From Promethearchaeota archaeon (GTDB lineage: Archaea; Asgardarchaeota; Lokiarchaeia; Sigyniarchaeales; SOKP01): 25,482 nucleotides of DNA. The notes below the pieces were generated by a model, which searched no databases, was not told the origin of the DNA, and was given only the letters and a program-made list of their open reading frames with translations. Within the stretch, counting starts at the first letter, position 1. Every line of letters starts with the position of its first letter. The position numbers and the translations under genes are program-made. Shown here in pieces: positions 1 to 10,072 of the stretch. The stretch covers positions 1-25,482 of the forward strand of contig JALGVJ010000045.1 of NCBI GenBank assembly GCA_029838195.1. The letters run 5' to 3'.

Positions 1-390
1 TAGGAAAACGTTTGTCCTCGCCGACACAATGTAATTCTGAGATTACTCTGGATTTCGATAGATGTAAAGAATTGGTAAGAAGGAGTTGAAAAAGGAGAAA
101 ATAAGCAAAAAAAAAGTGAACATGTTTAAATTATTTTTAATATCCCGCCCATTCTCTCAGCTCACCTTTTTTTATTGTTCCTTCCTATTTTTTGATTACT
201 CTTAAATGCTATCCATTTTTATTTTAAAATTTCAGAAGTGCGGGCCGTTTTATTTGAAGAAATTCATATATCTTTAATATTCGTAAAAATCTATTAATTC
301 TAATAGTATAAATCATCTCATAATCTTTATAATAAAATTTGCACGAATTCTTAATATTTTATACACACGTAGGTTAAAAATGATTAAATC

Positions 391-1413
391 ATGTCTCAAT
401 CAATCTTTATAACCGGTGCAACCGGGTTTATTGGTCGAAACCTCGTGAAGAAACTTCATTCCCTGGGACACTCCTTAACCCTCCTCGTGAGAGAAACCAG
501 TGATCTCTCTCCTTTCGAAGGTATGGATAATATCACTTATAAGATAGGAGATGTTAGAGATATTGAAAGTATAAGAGCGGCAATTGACGATGACATCGAA
601 CTCATTTATCACTTGGCAGCCTTTGTAAAAATATGGGCGGAGGATCCTTCCATCTTCGATGATATCAATGTAAAAGGTGCTGAAAACATCGCAAAAGTAG
701 CACTAGAGCGAAATTTAAAACTTATTTATGTGAGCAGTTTTATGGCTCTCGGATTTCATCCCATTGATAATACAGATCTTATTGATGAGTCTAACGAGCA
801 CGGCGAATTTTTTAATAGTGATTATGAGCGCACCAAATATTTAGGAAAGAAAAAAATTGAAGAATACATCGACAAGGGACTTAAATGCGTGCTCATTTCT
901 CCTGGATTTGTCTATGGTCCGGGTGATTTTAACATCTACGGTCAAATGTTTTATGATATCGTGAGGGAACAGTTTATTGGATTACCTGGCAAGGGCAATG
1001 CTCTTTTTTGCATGGCTTATATAGATGATGTGGTGGAAGGATTAATTAAAGTAAAAGATAGAGATGATATCTTGGGAGAAAATTTCATTTTAGGTGGAGA
1101 AAACATACCTGTCGGAGATTATCTTGATCTCATTGCAGAATTAGCAGGAACTAAGAAGCCCCGACGATTTCCCCTAAGTTTGGGATGGCTTTATTCCAAA
1201 TTCTGCGAATTGAAGGCAAGCATTGACAAGAAGTACCCCACGATTGTATGGCCAATGCTCCGTGGGATGAAATACAATTGGGCATATTCCAGTGAAAAAG
1301 CAATCAAACGATTGGGATATAAAATTACTCCGTTGAGAGAGGCTCTTGAAAAAACCGTTGAATGGTATAAAGAATATGCGAAAAAAAATGATAAAAATTA
1401 TAAAAAAAAATAA
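391..1413 (+). CDS. NAD-dependent epimerase/dehydratase (extended SDR, dihydroflavonol-reductase/HpnA-like)
   Basis: N-terminal ITGATGFIG Rossmann motif, HLAA, catalytic YxxxK (YERTK), PGFVYGPGD. Confidence 0.9.
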   Translation: MSQSIFITGATGFIGRNLVKKLHSLGHSLTLLVRETSDLSPFEGMDNITYKIGDVRDIESIRAAIDDDIELIYHLAAFVKIWAEDPSIFDDINVKGAENIAKVALERNLKLIYVSSFMALGFHPIDNTDLIDESNEHGEFFNSDYERTKYLGKKKIEEYIDKGLKCVLISPGFVYGPGDFNIYGQMFYDIVREQFIGLPGKGNALFCMAYIDDVVEGLIKVKDRDDILGENFILGGENIPVGDYLDLIAELAGTKKPRRFPLSLGWLYSKFCELKASIDKKYPTIVWPMLRGMKYNWAYSSEKAIKRLGYKITPLREALEKTVEWYKEYAKKNDKNYKKK

Positions 1414-1451
1414 AAAAAGTATAAGAAATTAAAGGAAAAAGGTGAAGACGC

Positions 1452-2972
1452 TTGAAATTAGACGTGTTAAATAAATATAATGGAGAAATAATTGATTCTC
1501 TCGAAGCAGACACGGAAGAAACTATTAAGGAAAAAATAGAAAGAACCGCAAAATGGGAATACAGGCTGCTTAATACGACGATTCAAGAAAGAATCGATGT
1601 AATTAAAAACATTGCTTCTGTCCTTTTGGATTATAAGCAAGAAATTAAAAACTTGATCGTGGCCGAAGGGGGGTTGCCTATCAAATACTCCGAATGGGAG
1701 TTCCAAATGATTGAAAAGGGCTATAAATACGTCGATTGGTTCATTGACTTGATTGATGATGAGACCCAGAAAGATTTGGAAAGTGGAAAAGTTTCAACAG
1801 TCAAATACCAACCTCGTGGATTAACGATTGGAATCAGTCCCCGGAACACTCCGATGTCCCTTCCGATGTATTTCTGGGGATCGAGTTTCTTAACCGGTAA
1901 TCCCGCCATCATAAAACCCTCTACAGCTTGTCCTTTAACCATGAAATTTTGTTTAAATAAAATAATTGAAAATGATTTTCCCTTTTCGGCAGCCTATGAT
2001 CTTGTCATAAGTCCAGGAAATCAGGCCACCAAGATATTTCTCGAATCTGATATGGTGAAAAACATAATATGTGTTGCAGCTTCCCATACGGCTAAAGATA
2101 TTTTAATAAACTATGCTGAATTCCTGAAAAAAAATACGCAGAACTTTCTCGGCGTGAATATGATAAATAAACCCTTCAAAAACTTCGTTTTCGAGTGTGC
2201 GGGAAATGATGCGGGCATCGTGATGCCGGGAGTGGATTTAGAAACTGTAGCCAAGTGGAATGTAATTGCATCTTACACGAATAGCGGTCAGCAATGCTTT
2301 TCCATGAAAAGAATAATTGTTCATGAGGATATCTATGATGAATACGTGGAACTATTGCTAAGAAACATAGAAAAATTGAAAATGGGGGATCCCATGGATC
2401 CTTCTGTCGATATCGGACCTTTGGGCTCCCGGCGGATATTAATGATGATGGAAGTGATGGTAGGAGAAGCTAAAAAGCATAAGAACGTGAAAATTTTATG
2501 CGGGGCGAAGAAAATTGATACTGGAAAGAGTTATGGTCTCTTTTATGAGCCAACCTTGGTAGAGATTCCTCGTGAAAACATCATTGATTTTGAAAAAGCT
2601 CCATTTTTATGGCGGGAAGAAGCTTTTGGGCCCGTAAGAAGCATAACAAAAGCAAAAGATATAGAAGATGCCATTTTCCTTGCGAATCATTCGAATTATG
2701 GCATGAGAGCCGTGGTCTATACTCCTCCAGAACATATCGAGCGTTTCACGCGAGAATTACAAGCGGGAAGCATTTACGTGAATAATGAGCCCATGCAGGC
2801 AAATATTTCAACGGCTCTGGGTGGATGGAAAGACAGCTCTTGGCCTTCCGGTATTAAATATTACCCGCGAGAATGTGTTCAGACAAAAATCATTTATAAT
2901 GGTTCTCCTGAAAATGAAAGGGCATTATTTGGTATAAGTGTGGCAGAAATTCAAAGTACAGTCAAGAATTAA
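1452..2972 (+). CDS. Aldehyde dehydrogenase family protein (divergent)
   Basis: PRNTP (for PWNFP), IIKPS, catalytic Glu region FECAGND, catalytic Cys NSGQQCFS, EEAFGPV, LANHSNYGM. TTG start 38 bp after the SDR gene, so probably co-transcribed. Confidence 0.88.
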   Translation: MKLDVLNKYNGEIIDSLEADTEETIKEKIERTAKWEYRLLNTTIQERIDVIKNIASVLLDYKQEIKNLIVAEGGLPIKYSEWEFQMIEKGYKYVDWFIDLIDDETQKDLESGKVSTVKYQPRGLTIGISPRNTPMSLPMYFWGSSFLTGNPAIIKPSTACPLTMKFCLNKIIENDFPFSAAYDLVISPGNQATKIFLESDMVKNIICVAASHTAKDILINYAEFLKKNTQNFLGVNMINKPFKNFVFECAGNDAGIVMPGVDLETVAKWNVIASYTNSGQQCFSMKRIIVHEDIYDEYVELLLRNIEKLKMGDPMDPSVDIGPLGSRRILMMMEVMVGEAKKHKNVKILCGAKKIDTGKSYGLFYEPTLVEIPRENIIDFEKAPFLWREEAFGPVRSITKAKDIEDAIFLANHSNYGMRAVVYTPPEHIERFTRELQAGSIYVNNEPMQANISTALGGWKDSSWPSGIKYYPRECVQTKIIYNGSPENERALFGISVAEIQSTVKN

Positions 2973-3217
2973 ACAGAAACCCGTATAAGTTTTAATATCT
3001 TTTCTTTCCTTTTTTTAAATTCGTGAAGGAGATGCTAATAATTAGTTCCTGAATTCTTAAGAATCATTGATTACTTCAGTTTTATAACAAAAATTAGCAT
3101 GATATGATCACTCGACCTCAAGGATTCGATAAAGAAAATGAGAAAAAGTATAATTGATTCTTACAATGGTATTTTAGCTTTATTTATAAAGTTTATATTT
3201 CGGTTGGCTGACACTTT

Positions 3218-3895
3218 TTAAGATTTTTTAATATTAATTAAGTTCGATTTCCTTATTTTCATTATCACGATAACGATGGAGAGTAGCATGAAAATGATGT
3301 AAGAATATCCAAGGGGGACGATTCGAAATGTTCCTTCTACTTTTACCATGACAATACCATCATCATTAATATAGGTTTCACTATAAAGAATTCCTTTCGA
3401 ATGATATTCAAGGACTTTGGTAAAATTTACAGATAATTTTGTGATGGTTGTGTCATCTAAAGAATATGAATTTGGCAAGCTTTTCATGGCTTCTTCAAGG
3501 AATTTGTTGGCGGGAGTGAGGATGAAGAGGTTATCCTCATATTCGCTGGGACTTGAGGGAACGGAATAATATTTTATTTCCCCTTTCTCATTCCAATCCG
3601 TACCGTAATCCCAAAATTCCGCGACAATAGTATAGCCTCCATCGGTAGATTCGATGATTTGCTCTATTTTCATGCGAATTTGGTCTCCCAAGCTGAAAAA
3701 GGGTTCAAATCCGAATACTTTCGAAAATTCATGTTTTCTTAGCTCCTTGACCTCCCAAATATAGACGTCGCCCTCATTTACTCCAACTCTATAAGTTGCT
3801 TGAGCTTGCACGGCAAGAACATGATTTATCATTAGTAAGCCAATCAAGAGCATGAGTAAACTTAAGTGCTTAAATTGTTTCAAATTCGGTTCCAT
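3218..3895 (-). CDS. Exported, C-terminally membrane-anchored hypothetical protein (Loki-CTERM-like tail)
   Basis: Hydrophobic N-terminal signal peptide; YRVGVNEGDVYIWEV start of the mature domain; C-terminal VPLGY, then a hydrophobic helix, then basic KIRK. Confidence 0.7.
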   Translation of the reverse strand: MEPNLKQFKHLSLLMLLIGLLMINHVLAVQAQATYRVGVNEGDVYIWEVKELRKHEFSKVFGFEPFFSLGDQIRMKIEQIIESTDGGYTIVAEFWDYGTDWNEKGEIKYYSVPSSPSEYEDNLFILTPANKFLEEAMKSLPNSYSLDDTTITKLSVNFTKVLEYHSKGILYSETYINDDGIVMVKVEGTFRIVPLGYSYIIFMLLSIVIVIMKIRKSNLINIKKS

Positions 3896-4170
3896 TACGT
3901 TTGATATTTGTTTTATATTATATTAATTAATTCAATGCTATTCAAAAAGTTTTCATGAAGATTCGGCTTAAAATGGATTCGAGTAATTTTATTTCATGTT
4001 TCCCGAACTTTACCCTTGAGCCTCATGGATAGAAAAATCGTATTTCATGGTTTTTTTTCTCAAGTCCGTGAGTGTTGGCTTATTTTTTCCCGATCGGGCT
4101 TCAATTTTCGTCTCATCAAAAATGCATTTATTTAAATTTAATGACATAATGTTTAATTAATAACCCAATC

Positions 4171-5601
4171 GTGGTGAGGTTCATGTCTAAAAAAGATGAT
4201 ATTTGTTTCATGTCTGCCCTCGAAATGAGGGAAAAAATAAAGACGCAAGAATTAAGCGCTCTTGAAATCACGGAGGTATTGATCGAAAGAATTAATAAAA
4301 TTAATCCCTTAATCAACGCCTATTGCACGCTTTCTCTTGATATGGCTCGGGAAATGGCTAAACAAGCCGATGAGAAAGTAAAAAAAGGGGAAAAGTTGGG
4401 CGAATTAATCGGGATTCCTACCTCTATTAAGGATTTAATGCAAACCAAAGGCATTCGCACGACTTACGGCTCTAAACTATACGAAAATTTCATTCCAGAA
4501 GTCGATGATATTGCTGTTGAGAGACTCAAGAAAGAAGGTTGCGTCTTAATGGGTAAAACTAATACTCCAGAGTTCGGACACGTTCCCATAACGCAAAATC
4601 TCGTTTTTGGAGTCACGAAAAATCCATGGAATTTAGAGAAAACATCGGGCGGGTCAAGTGGAGGAGCCGCAGCAGCAGTGGCTTCGGGGCTTAGTACTTT
4701 AGCATTGGGCTCAGATGGTGGAGGTTCCATTCGACTTCCCAGTTCTTTATGCGGAGTTTTTGGCCTCAAGCCCACTTTTGGCAGAATCCCTCGCTATCCT
4801 CCAATTGGTATTGCTTTCTGGTCAATGGATCATTATGGACCAATTTCCAGATACGTTAAAGATGCCGCTCTAATGCTTAATGTCATGAAAGGATTCCATC
4901 CTGCCGATAAAAATTCTTTCCCCGATGAAGGAATTGATTACGTGAAATGTTTAGACCAGATTCCTGATAAATTAAAAATAGGATATTCTTTTGATTTAGG
5001 ATATTTTCGTTCCGTGGAACCGGAAATAGAACAAATAATTCAAGAGAGCATTCAAAAATTTGAAAAATACGGATGGAATATCGAAAAATTAAAAATTAAA
5101 TTAAAAAAACCCGAATATTCATTTAGTTTATTAGTCAGTTTAGGATATGCATATGATTTAAAGAAGGAGGTAAGCGAGCGGAGAGATGATTTAAGTCCAG
5201 ATTTGATTCGTATCGTTGAAGCAGGGCTAAGTTATAATGCAATAGATGTAGGAAAGGCAACCGCTCAAAGGCAGCAATTATATGAAACCTTTTATAAAAT
5301 TTTTAAAGAATACGATGTTATCCTTACCCCAACCACGCCTACTCCAGCTTTTCAAGCAGGAACCACACAGCCTCCAAAAGTGAAGGGAAAGCAACTTTCA
5401 GTCGTGAGCTGGATGTCGTTTACATATCCATTTAACTTGACGGGGCTTCCTGCTGCTAGCATTCCTTGTGGCTGGACAAAAGAAGGTCTTCCGGTGGGCA
5501 TGCAAATAGTTGGAAAACGCTATGATGAAAAAATTGTGCTACAAGTAGCCTATGCCTTTGAAAAAATCTGCCCGTGGCAAGATAAAAAGCCGGACTTTTA
5601 A
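4171..5601 (+). CDS. Amidase signature family protein (GatA-like fold); start may be ATG at 4183
   Basis: SIKD (catalytic Lys), GKTNTPEFG, GGSSGG, GSDGGGSIRLP, PFNLTGLPAASIP, GLPVGMQIVG. Confidence 0.92.
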   Translation: MVRFMSKKDDICFMSALEMREKIKTQELSALEITEVLIERINKINPLINAYCTLSLDMAREMAKQADEKVKKGEKLGELIGIPTSIKDLMQTKGIRTTYGSKLYENFIPEVDDIAVERLKKEGCVLMGKTNTPEFGHVPITQNLVFGVTKNPWNLEKTSGGSSGGAAAAVASGLSTLALGSDGGGSIRLPSSLCGVFGLKPTFGRIPRYPPIGIAFWSMDHYGPISRYVKDAALMLNVMKGFHPADKNSFPDEGIDYVKCLDQIPDKLKIGYSFDLGYFRSVEPEIEQIIQESIQKFEKYGWNIEKLKIKLKKPEYSFSLLVSLGYAYDLKKEVSERRDDLSPDLIRIVEAGLSYNAIDVGKATAQRQQLYETFYKIFKEYDVILTPTTPTPAFQAGTTQPPKVKGKQLSVVSWMSFTYPFNLTGLPAASIPCGWTKEGLPVGMQIVGKRYDEKIVLQVAYAFEKICPWQDKKPDF

Positions 5602-5624
5602 AACTATTTCTACTTGTAGCCAAC

Positions 5625-6065
5625 TCAATCAAATATCTTTTTATTTTTACATTTTTTACATGTTCTATATACATCTATTCTCTTATTTAGTAGTTTGAAC
5701 TCAAACTCTTTTTCTATTTGGCTCCAAAAGTCATCAATGGTTTTTGAATGGTAATCTTCAATATTATCACATTCGGGACAAATTAAATTTACATGAGGAG
5801 TAGTATTGGTTTCGTATCTTGCATCTCGTTTCTTGGATTTTATTTTATTTACCCATCCTAACTCCTGTAGCAAATCTAAAACTTGATAAATAGTTGACAT
5901 GCTGATGCTTGGGTATTTTATTTTCACATCTTTGTATATCTCTTCCGCAGTAGGATGATCTTTTCTGGTTCTTAATAATTCAAAAATCGCTATTCTTTGA
6001 GGTGTAATCTTTTTTTTCTGTTCCCTTAATATTTGAATAAATTCCATTCTATCTTTATCATTCAC
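5625..6065 (-). CDS. Fur-family transcriptional regulator, probably PerR-like
   Basis: KITPQRIAI, HPTAEEIY, STIY, HVNLICPEC and C-terminal CKKC zinc site; divergent from a peroxiredoxin. GTG start. Confidence 0.88.
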   Translation of the reverse strand: MNDKDRMEFIQILREQKKKITPQRIAIFELLRTRKDHPTAEEIYKDVKIKYPSISMSTIYQVLDLLQELGWVNKIKSKKRDARYETNTTPHVNLICPECDNIEDYHSKTIDDFWSQIEKEFEFKLLNKRIDVYRTCKKCKNKKIFD

Positions 6066-6111
6066 ATTATATAAATTAATTTTTAAATTATAAATATAAT
6101 TTTTAAATAAT

Positions 6112-6173
6112 ATAAGTAATTAGATAATAATAATTCCTAAATAAACATCATTTTGGAATAATAATAATAATAA
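6112..6173. promoter_or_regulatory. Candidate Fur/PerR operator (NAT-triplet arrays) in the divergent promoter region
   Basis: TAGATAATAATAATTCCTA and GGAATAATAATAATAATAA lie between the Fur-family gene and the peroxiredoxin. They resemble Fur/Per-box ATAAT arrays, but the region is very AT-rich. Confidence 0.4.
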
Positions 6174-6227
6174 ACTGAAAAACTAAAACAATTAGATATG
6201 ATTGTTCATAAAATAGTGATGATCTAA

Positions 6228-6884
6228 ATGTCAGTAATTGGAATTCCCTTAATCGGGGATAAATTTCCAGAAATGGAAGTTACTACCACTTTTGGTCCTA
6301 TTAAATTACCGGAAGATGCTATTAAAGGGAACCACTGGTTTGTATTATTTTCTCATCCTGCTGATTTCACGCCTGTTTGTACAACAGAATTTCATGCTTT
6401 TGCTAAGAGAAATGATCAATTTCAAGCTTTAAATACCAGATTAATAGGCCTCTCTCTTGATCAAGTCTTTTCTCACATAAAATGGATAGAGTGGATAAGA
6501 GATAATTTAGAAACTGAGATTCCCTTTCCTATCATTGCAGATCACGGCACCGTGGCTAATAAATTGGGTATGGTCCACCCAGGTAAGGGTTCAAATACAG
6601 TAAGAGCAGTATTTATTGTAGATAATAATGGGATTATCCGGTTAATACTTTATTATCCTCAAGAAATTGGGCGAAACATGGATGAAATCATTAGAGCAAT
6701 AAAAGCTTTGCAATTGGCAGATAAAGAGAAAGTCGCAATTCCTGCTAATTGGCCGAATAATGAATTAATTGGAGATCATGTCATAATACCACCAGCTAAA
6801 GATGTCGAAACTGCTAAAAAGAGGTTGGAATCAAAAGAATATGAATGTTATGATTGGTGGCTATGTCATAAAAAACTAAAATAA
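6228..6884 (+). CDS. Peroxiredoxin (archaeal Prx6/AhpC-TSA type)
   Basis: [14 protein letters not shown] peroxidatic motif, [15 protein letters not shown]-terminal ECYDWWLC as in archaeal Prx. Confidence 0.95.
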   Translation: MSVIGIPLIGDKFPEMEVTTTFGPIKLPEDAIKGNHWFVLFSHPADFTPVCTTEFHAFAKRNDQFQALNTRLIGLSLDQVFSHIKWIEWIRDNLETEIPFPIIADHGTVANKLGMVHPGKGSNTVRAVFIVDNNGIIRLILYYPQEIGRNMDEIIRAIKALQLADKEKVAIPANWPNNELIGDHVIIPPAKDVETAKKRLESKEYECYDWWLCHKKLK

Positions 6885-7183
6885 ATATGTAAATAGAACT
6901 GAAAGATTCAGAAAATTAAATCATTTTTTTCTTTATTACATATATGAATGCTATTTAATTTCTTTTCACGTATGATTTAATCATTAACCGCATTTAGTTT
7001 CTTTTATTCATTAAGAATTAGAAATAAAAATTTAAAATTTTTTAAGAGAAATTTTTAGTCAAACATTAAGAAACTTTATGTTTTTAATTGCGATTAATCT
7101 TATGGAAAAAATCGATTTTACTATTTTTTCTCCTCTTAAATCAAGTTTTAAATTATTTACATCTCTGATATAGTAAAAATATT

Positions 7184-8278
7184 TCAATAAAATAGAGAAT
7201 TACGAGCACTAGCAATATAGCACGAGTCACCGATCGTGATCTCGCTTTTAATTAAATCCTCTAAAATAGAATAATCTCCAATGATGCTTTGAGATGAGAT
7301 AATTTTTTTTAACGTGGCTCCATCACCGATGACAGCTTCTTTAAGAATGCATTTTTGAATTGAAACGTTATCTCCAATGGAAACGTAGGGGCCAATTACG
7401 GAATCCGTTATGTTAGCATTTTCTCCAATATACACGGGAGGGATGATCTTGGAATCGATGATGTTTTTCGATTGAACTAACTCTTCATAAGTCGGGTCAT
7501 TCAGCTTGAGTTCGGATAATAAATGCTTGTTACCTTCTAATAAACCTTCTGGCCGACCAAAATCCAGTATTTCTTCTCTCATTTCATTAATCGTGATTTT
7601 CACGTTTTCTCTGATGAGTTGTTCGATTACTGGCGTGAGTTGATGTTCCTCTCCATTTTCCAAGGGCAGCTTGCTTTGCTCTTCTAAAAGCTCAAACAAG
7701 CGGGGGGTCATGGTTTTTCCAAATAAATATGCACCCGCCACTGCCAAATCCGAAATGAATTCTCTTGGCTTTTCTACAATTTGCTTTATAAACGCTCCTT
7801 TTTCCTCTAAAACGGTAACTCCATAATATTCGGGATTTTTCACGCGCTTGACGTTTATAACACCATCACACTGCAGTTGATGGAATCTCAATAGGATGGA
7901 GGTATAATCTTCTAATGGCAACCGATCACTCAAGAAAATGAAGCAATCATCATTTTGAGCATGTTGTTTTGCCAAAAGTAGCGCATCTCCTAAACCAGAA
8001 AAGTAAGGAATATCATTACTATATCCCAAAGGTTTCTGCTCTTCAAAATACAAGTTAAAAAAGTCCGAATAATTTTTTGTTAAATAATCGGTAATTTGTC
8101 GTTTTTTGTATCCCACGATAAAACATAAATTTGTGCCTTCGGGAAAAGCTTTCTTTAATTTGAGAAGGATATGATCGATTAATCGCTTCCCTGCCACTTT
8201 TAAAAAAGCCTTTGGCTTGGAATACGTGAAAGGTTGGAGTCGCTTACCAACACCTGCAATGGGGCAAATTATCCACAT
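7184..8278 (-). CDS. Sugar-1-phosphate nucleotidyltransferase (glucose-1-P thymidylyltransferase-like, with C-terminal left-handed beta-helix)
   Basis: AGVGKRLQPFTYSKPK signature, YGV, IVEKP, DFGRPE, hexapeptide repeats (IPPVYIGENA, IGPYVSIGDN). Confidence 0.9.
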   Translation of the reverse strand: MWIICPIAGVGKRLQPFTYSKPKAFLKVAGKRLIDHILLKLKKAFPEGTNLCFIVGYKKRQITDYLTKNYSDFFNLYFEEQKPLGYSNDIPYFSGLGDALLLAKQHAQNDDCFIFLSDRLPLEDYTSILLRFHQLQCDGVINVKRVKNPEYYGVTVLEEKGAFIKQIVEKPREFISDLAVAGAYLFGKTMTPRLFELLEEQSKLPLENGEEHQLTPVIEQLIRENVKITINEMREEILDFGRPEGLLEGNKHLLSELKLNDPTYEELVQSKNIIDSKIIPPVYIGENANITDSVIGPYVSIGDNVSIQKCILKEAVIGDGATLKKIISSQSIIGDYSILEDLIKSEITIGDSCYIASARNSLFY

Positions 8279-8524
8279 GGCTAAATATTTAAGGGTACAT
8301 TAATTTTATGATGACTTTAGACCAAGTTTACTTCTAAATAATGAACTTAAAGTATTAACTTTTCTGATTTACCACGAGGAGAGTATTAAGTGAATTATAA
8401 TAAAACAAAACGAGATAAAAAAAATAATTATTAAAGAGGAAATCAAATAGAATTTAAAAAGATAAAAATATATTTTCAAGCTACTCTACTTATGACACGC
8501 AAATAAAAAAAGTAGTCACTCAAC

Positions 8525-10072
8525 TCAAGCATTAATCTCCAGTCTCTTGGATTCAAAAAGAGATTGATCTAAAAAATCTTCAGGCCTTTGGCGACGGGTA
8601 TGAGACTCCATCTCTTTTAATTCCTTAGAAATTAATTTAGTAGTGATGCCTTGAGTGGAAAGCATTTTATTTCCCTCGATCAGGACACTCTTGATGAATT
8701 TTAGTATGTTAGTAAACATCCAATTATATTTACCAAAAGGATTTAAATATCTTTTGGCCATTGTCTTAATATACGTTTTATCTAAATAATAGGATGCATA
8801 CGCTTCGCCAACTAATCTATATATCTCTTTAGCCGATAGCTCGGATGTTTTCATCATGCTATGAAAAAGGTTATAATGTTTAAAGTTATAACTCGTAATC
8901 ATGCCTTTTTCTTTCATTTCATCGTAAAATTCAGTGCCGGGAAAAGCTGTAATAGGCGTGAATTGCACGCAAGAAAATTTCAAAGCTTTAGCAAAATTAA
9001 TCGTTTGACGCACCATTTTTTTAGTTTCTCCAGGATAACCAATAATAACTCCTCCAAAAATGGAAATCCCGCGATCTTGCAGCATTTTAACAACTTTTCT
9101 CGTCATTTTGGGTGTAGTATTATGTTTATTCATGGCATCAAGACTTTGTTGGTGTACGGATTCAATGCCCAAGAAGACTTGTCGAAATCCCGCCTCATGT
9201 AATAAGTCTACTAACCAAGGATTTCGATATAAAGTATCCACGCGAGATTGGCAACTAAAATATATCCTATTGGGTACTCCTGACTTGATGATTGTTTCTA
9301 AAATCCTCTTAGTTCGTTTAGTGTTAATAGTGAAATTATCCTCGCAGAAAAAGATAAAATCATTTTTCCGGTCAATGCTATAAATTTCCTCCATGATGCG
9401 TTTCACGCTCTTTGATCGGTATGATAGATGATTATACGGATCTTTCCACATTTTACGGATGCAGCAGAATTTACAATTATAGGGGCATCCCCGAGAAGAC
9501 TCTAATAAGTCCACCCGCGTTCCTAAATAGAGATATTTTTTATAATCTACTAAATCGCGTCGTGGGAAAGGAAATGCATCTAAATTTGGTTCTAAAGGAC
9601 GTTCCGGATTATGGTGAACTTTACCATCTATGGTTTTATAAGAAAGCCCTTTAATTGATTTTAAATCCTTGTTATCCCTGTTCATGTTAACATGATCAAT
9701 CAACTCTTTAAACGTATGCTCACCTTCACCTCTTATAACATAATCTACACATGCTCGCTTGATGACATAATCTGGCACCAAGGTTGAATGATATCCTCCA
9801 AAAATAGTAATGCAGCCCTGCTCTTTAGCAATTTTAGCAATATTGAAAGCATTATGAATCTGAGGCGTGAGACTAGTAATCGCGACTACATCTGCATGAT
9901 TTGCTTCGGTTCTAAACCGTTTCTCCTTGAATTTATCTACTTTATAATCCAATAACTTAGCCTCATGCTCGGGAACCATCGCCGCAATGGTTATCAACCC
10001 CAGCGGTACACTTTTTATGATCGCATCTAATCCCGAATCGATTCTTGAAGGATTTACATATAATATTTTCAT
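8525..10072 (-). CDS. B12-binding domain / radical SAM protein
   Basis: N-terminal cobalamin-binding domain (PLGL, GGYH, VIRGEGE), SRGCPYNCKFC (CxxxCxxC), EDNF, LGIES, IIGYPGET, FPGT. Confidence 0.92.
   Translation of the reverse strand: MKILYVNPSRIDSGLDAIIKSVPLGLITIAAMVPEHEAKLLDYKVDKFKEKRFRTEANHADVVAITSLTPQIHNAFNIAKIAKEQGCITIFGGYHSTLVPDYVIKRACVDYVIRGEGEHTFKELIDHVNMNRDNKDLKSIKGLSYKTIDGKVHHNPERPLEPNLDAFPFPRRDLVDYKKYLYLGTRVDLLESSRGCPYNCKFCCIRKMWKDPYNHLSYRSKSVKRIMEEIYSIDRKNDFIFFCEDNFTINTKRTKRILETIIKSGVPNRIYFSCQSRVDTLYRNPWLVDLLHEAGFRQVFLGIESVHQQSLDAMNKHNTTPKMTRKVVKMLQDRGISIFGGVIIGYPGETKKMVRQTINFAKALKFSCVQFTPITAFPGTEFYDEMKEKGMITSYNFKHYNLFHSMMKTSELSAKEIYRLVGEAYASYYLDKTYIKTMAKRYLNPFGKYNWMFTNILKFIKSVLIEGNKMLSTQGITTKLISKELKEMESHTRRQRPEDFLDQSLFESKRLEINA

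Noticed and set aside
1-104. Possible 3' end of an upstream CDS
   Set aside because: It is too short to assign a frame or product.
4010-4147. 45-codon minus-strand ORF (MSLNLNKCIFDETKIEARSGK...) between the exported protein and the amidase
   Set aside because: It has no motif support and overlaps the expected amidase promoter region.
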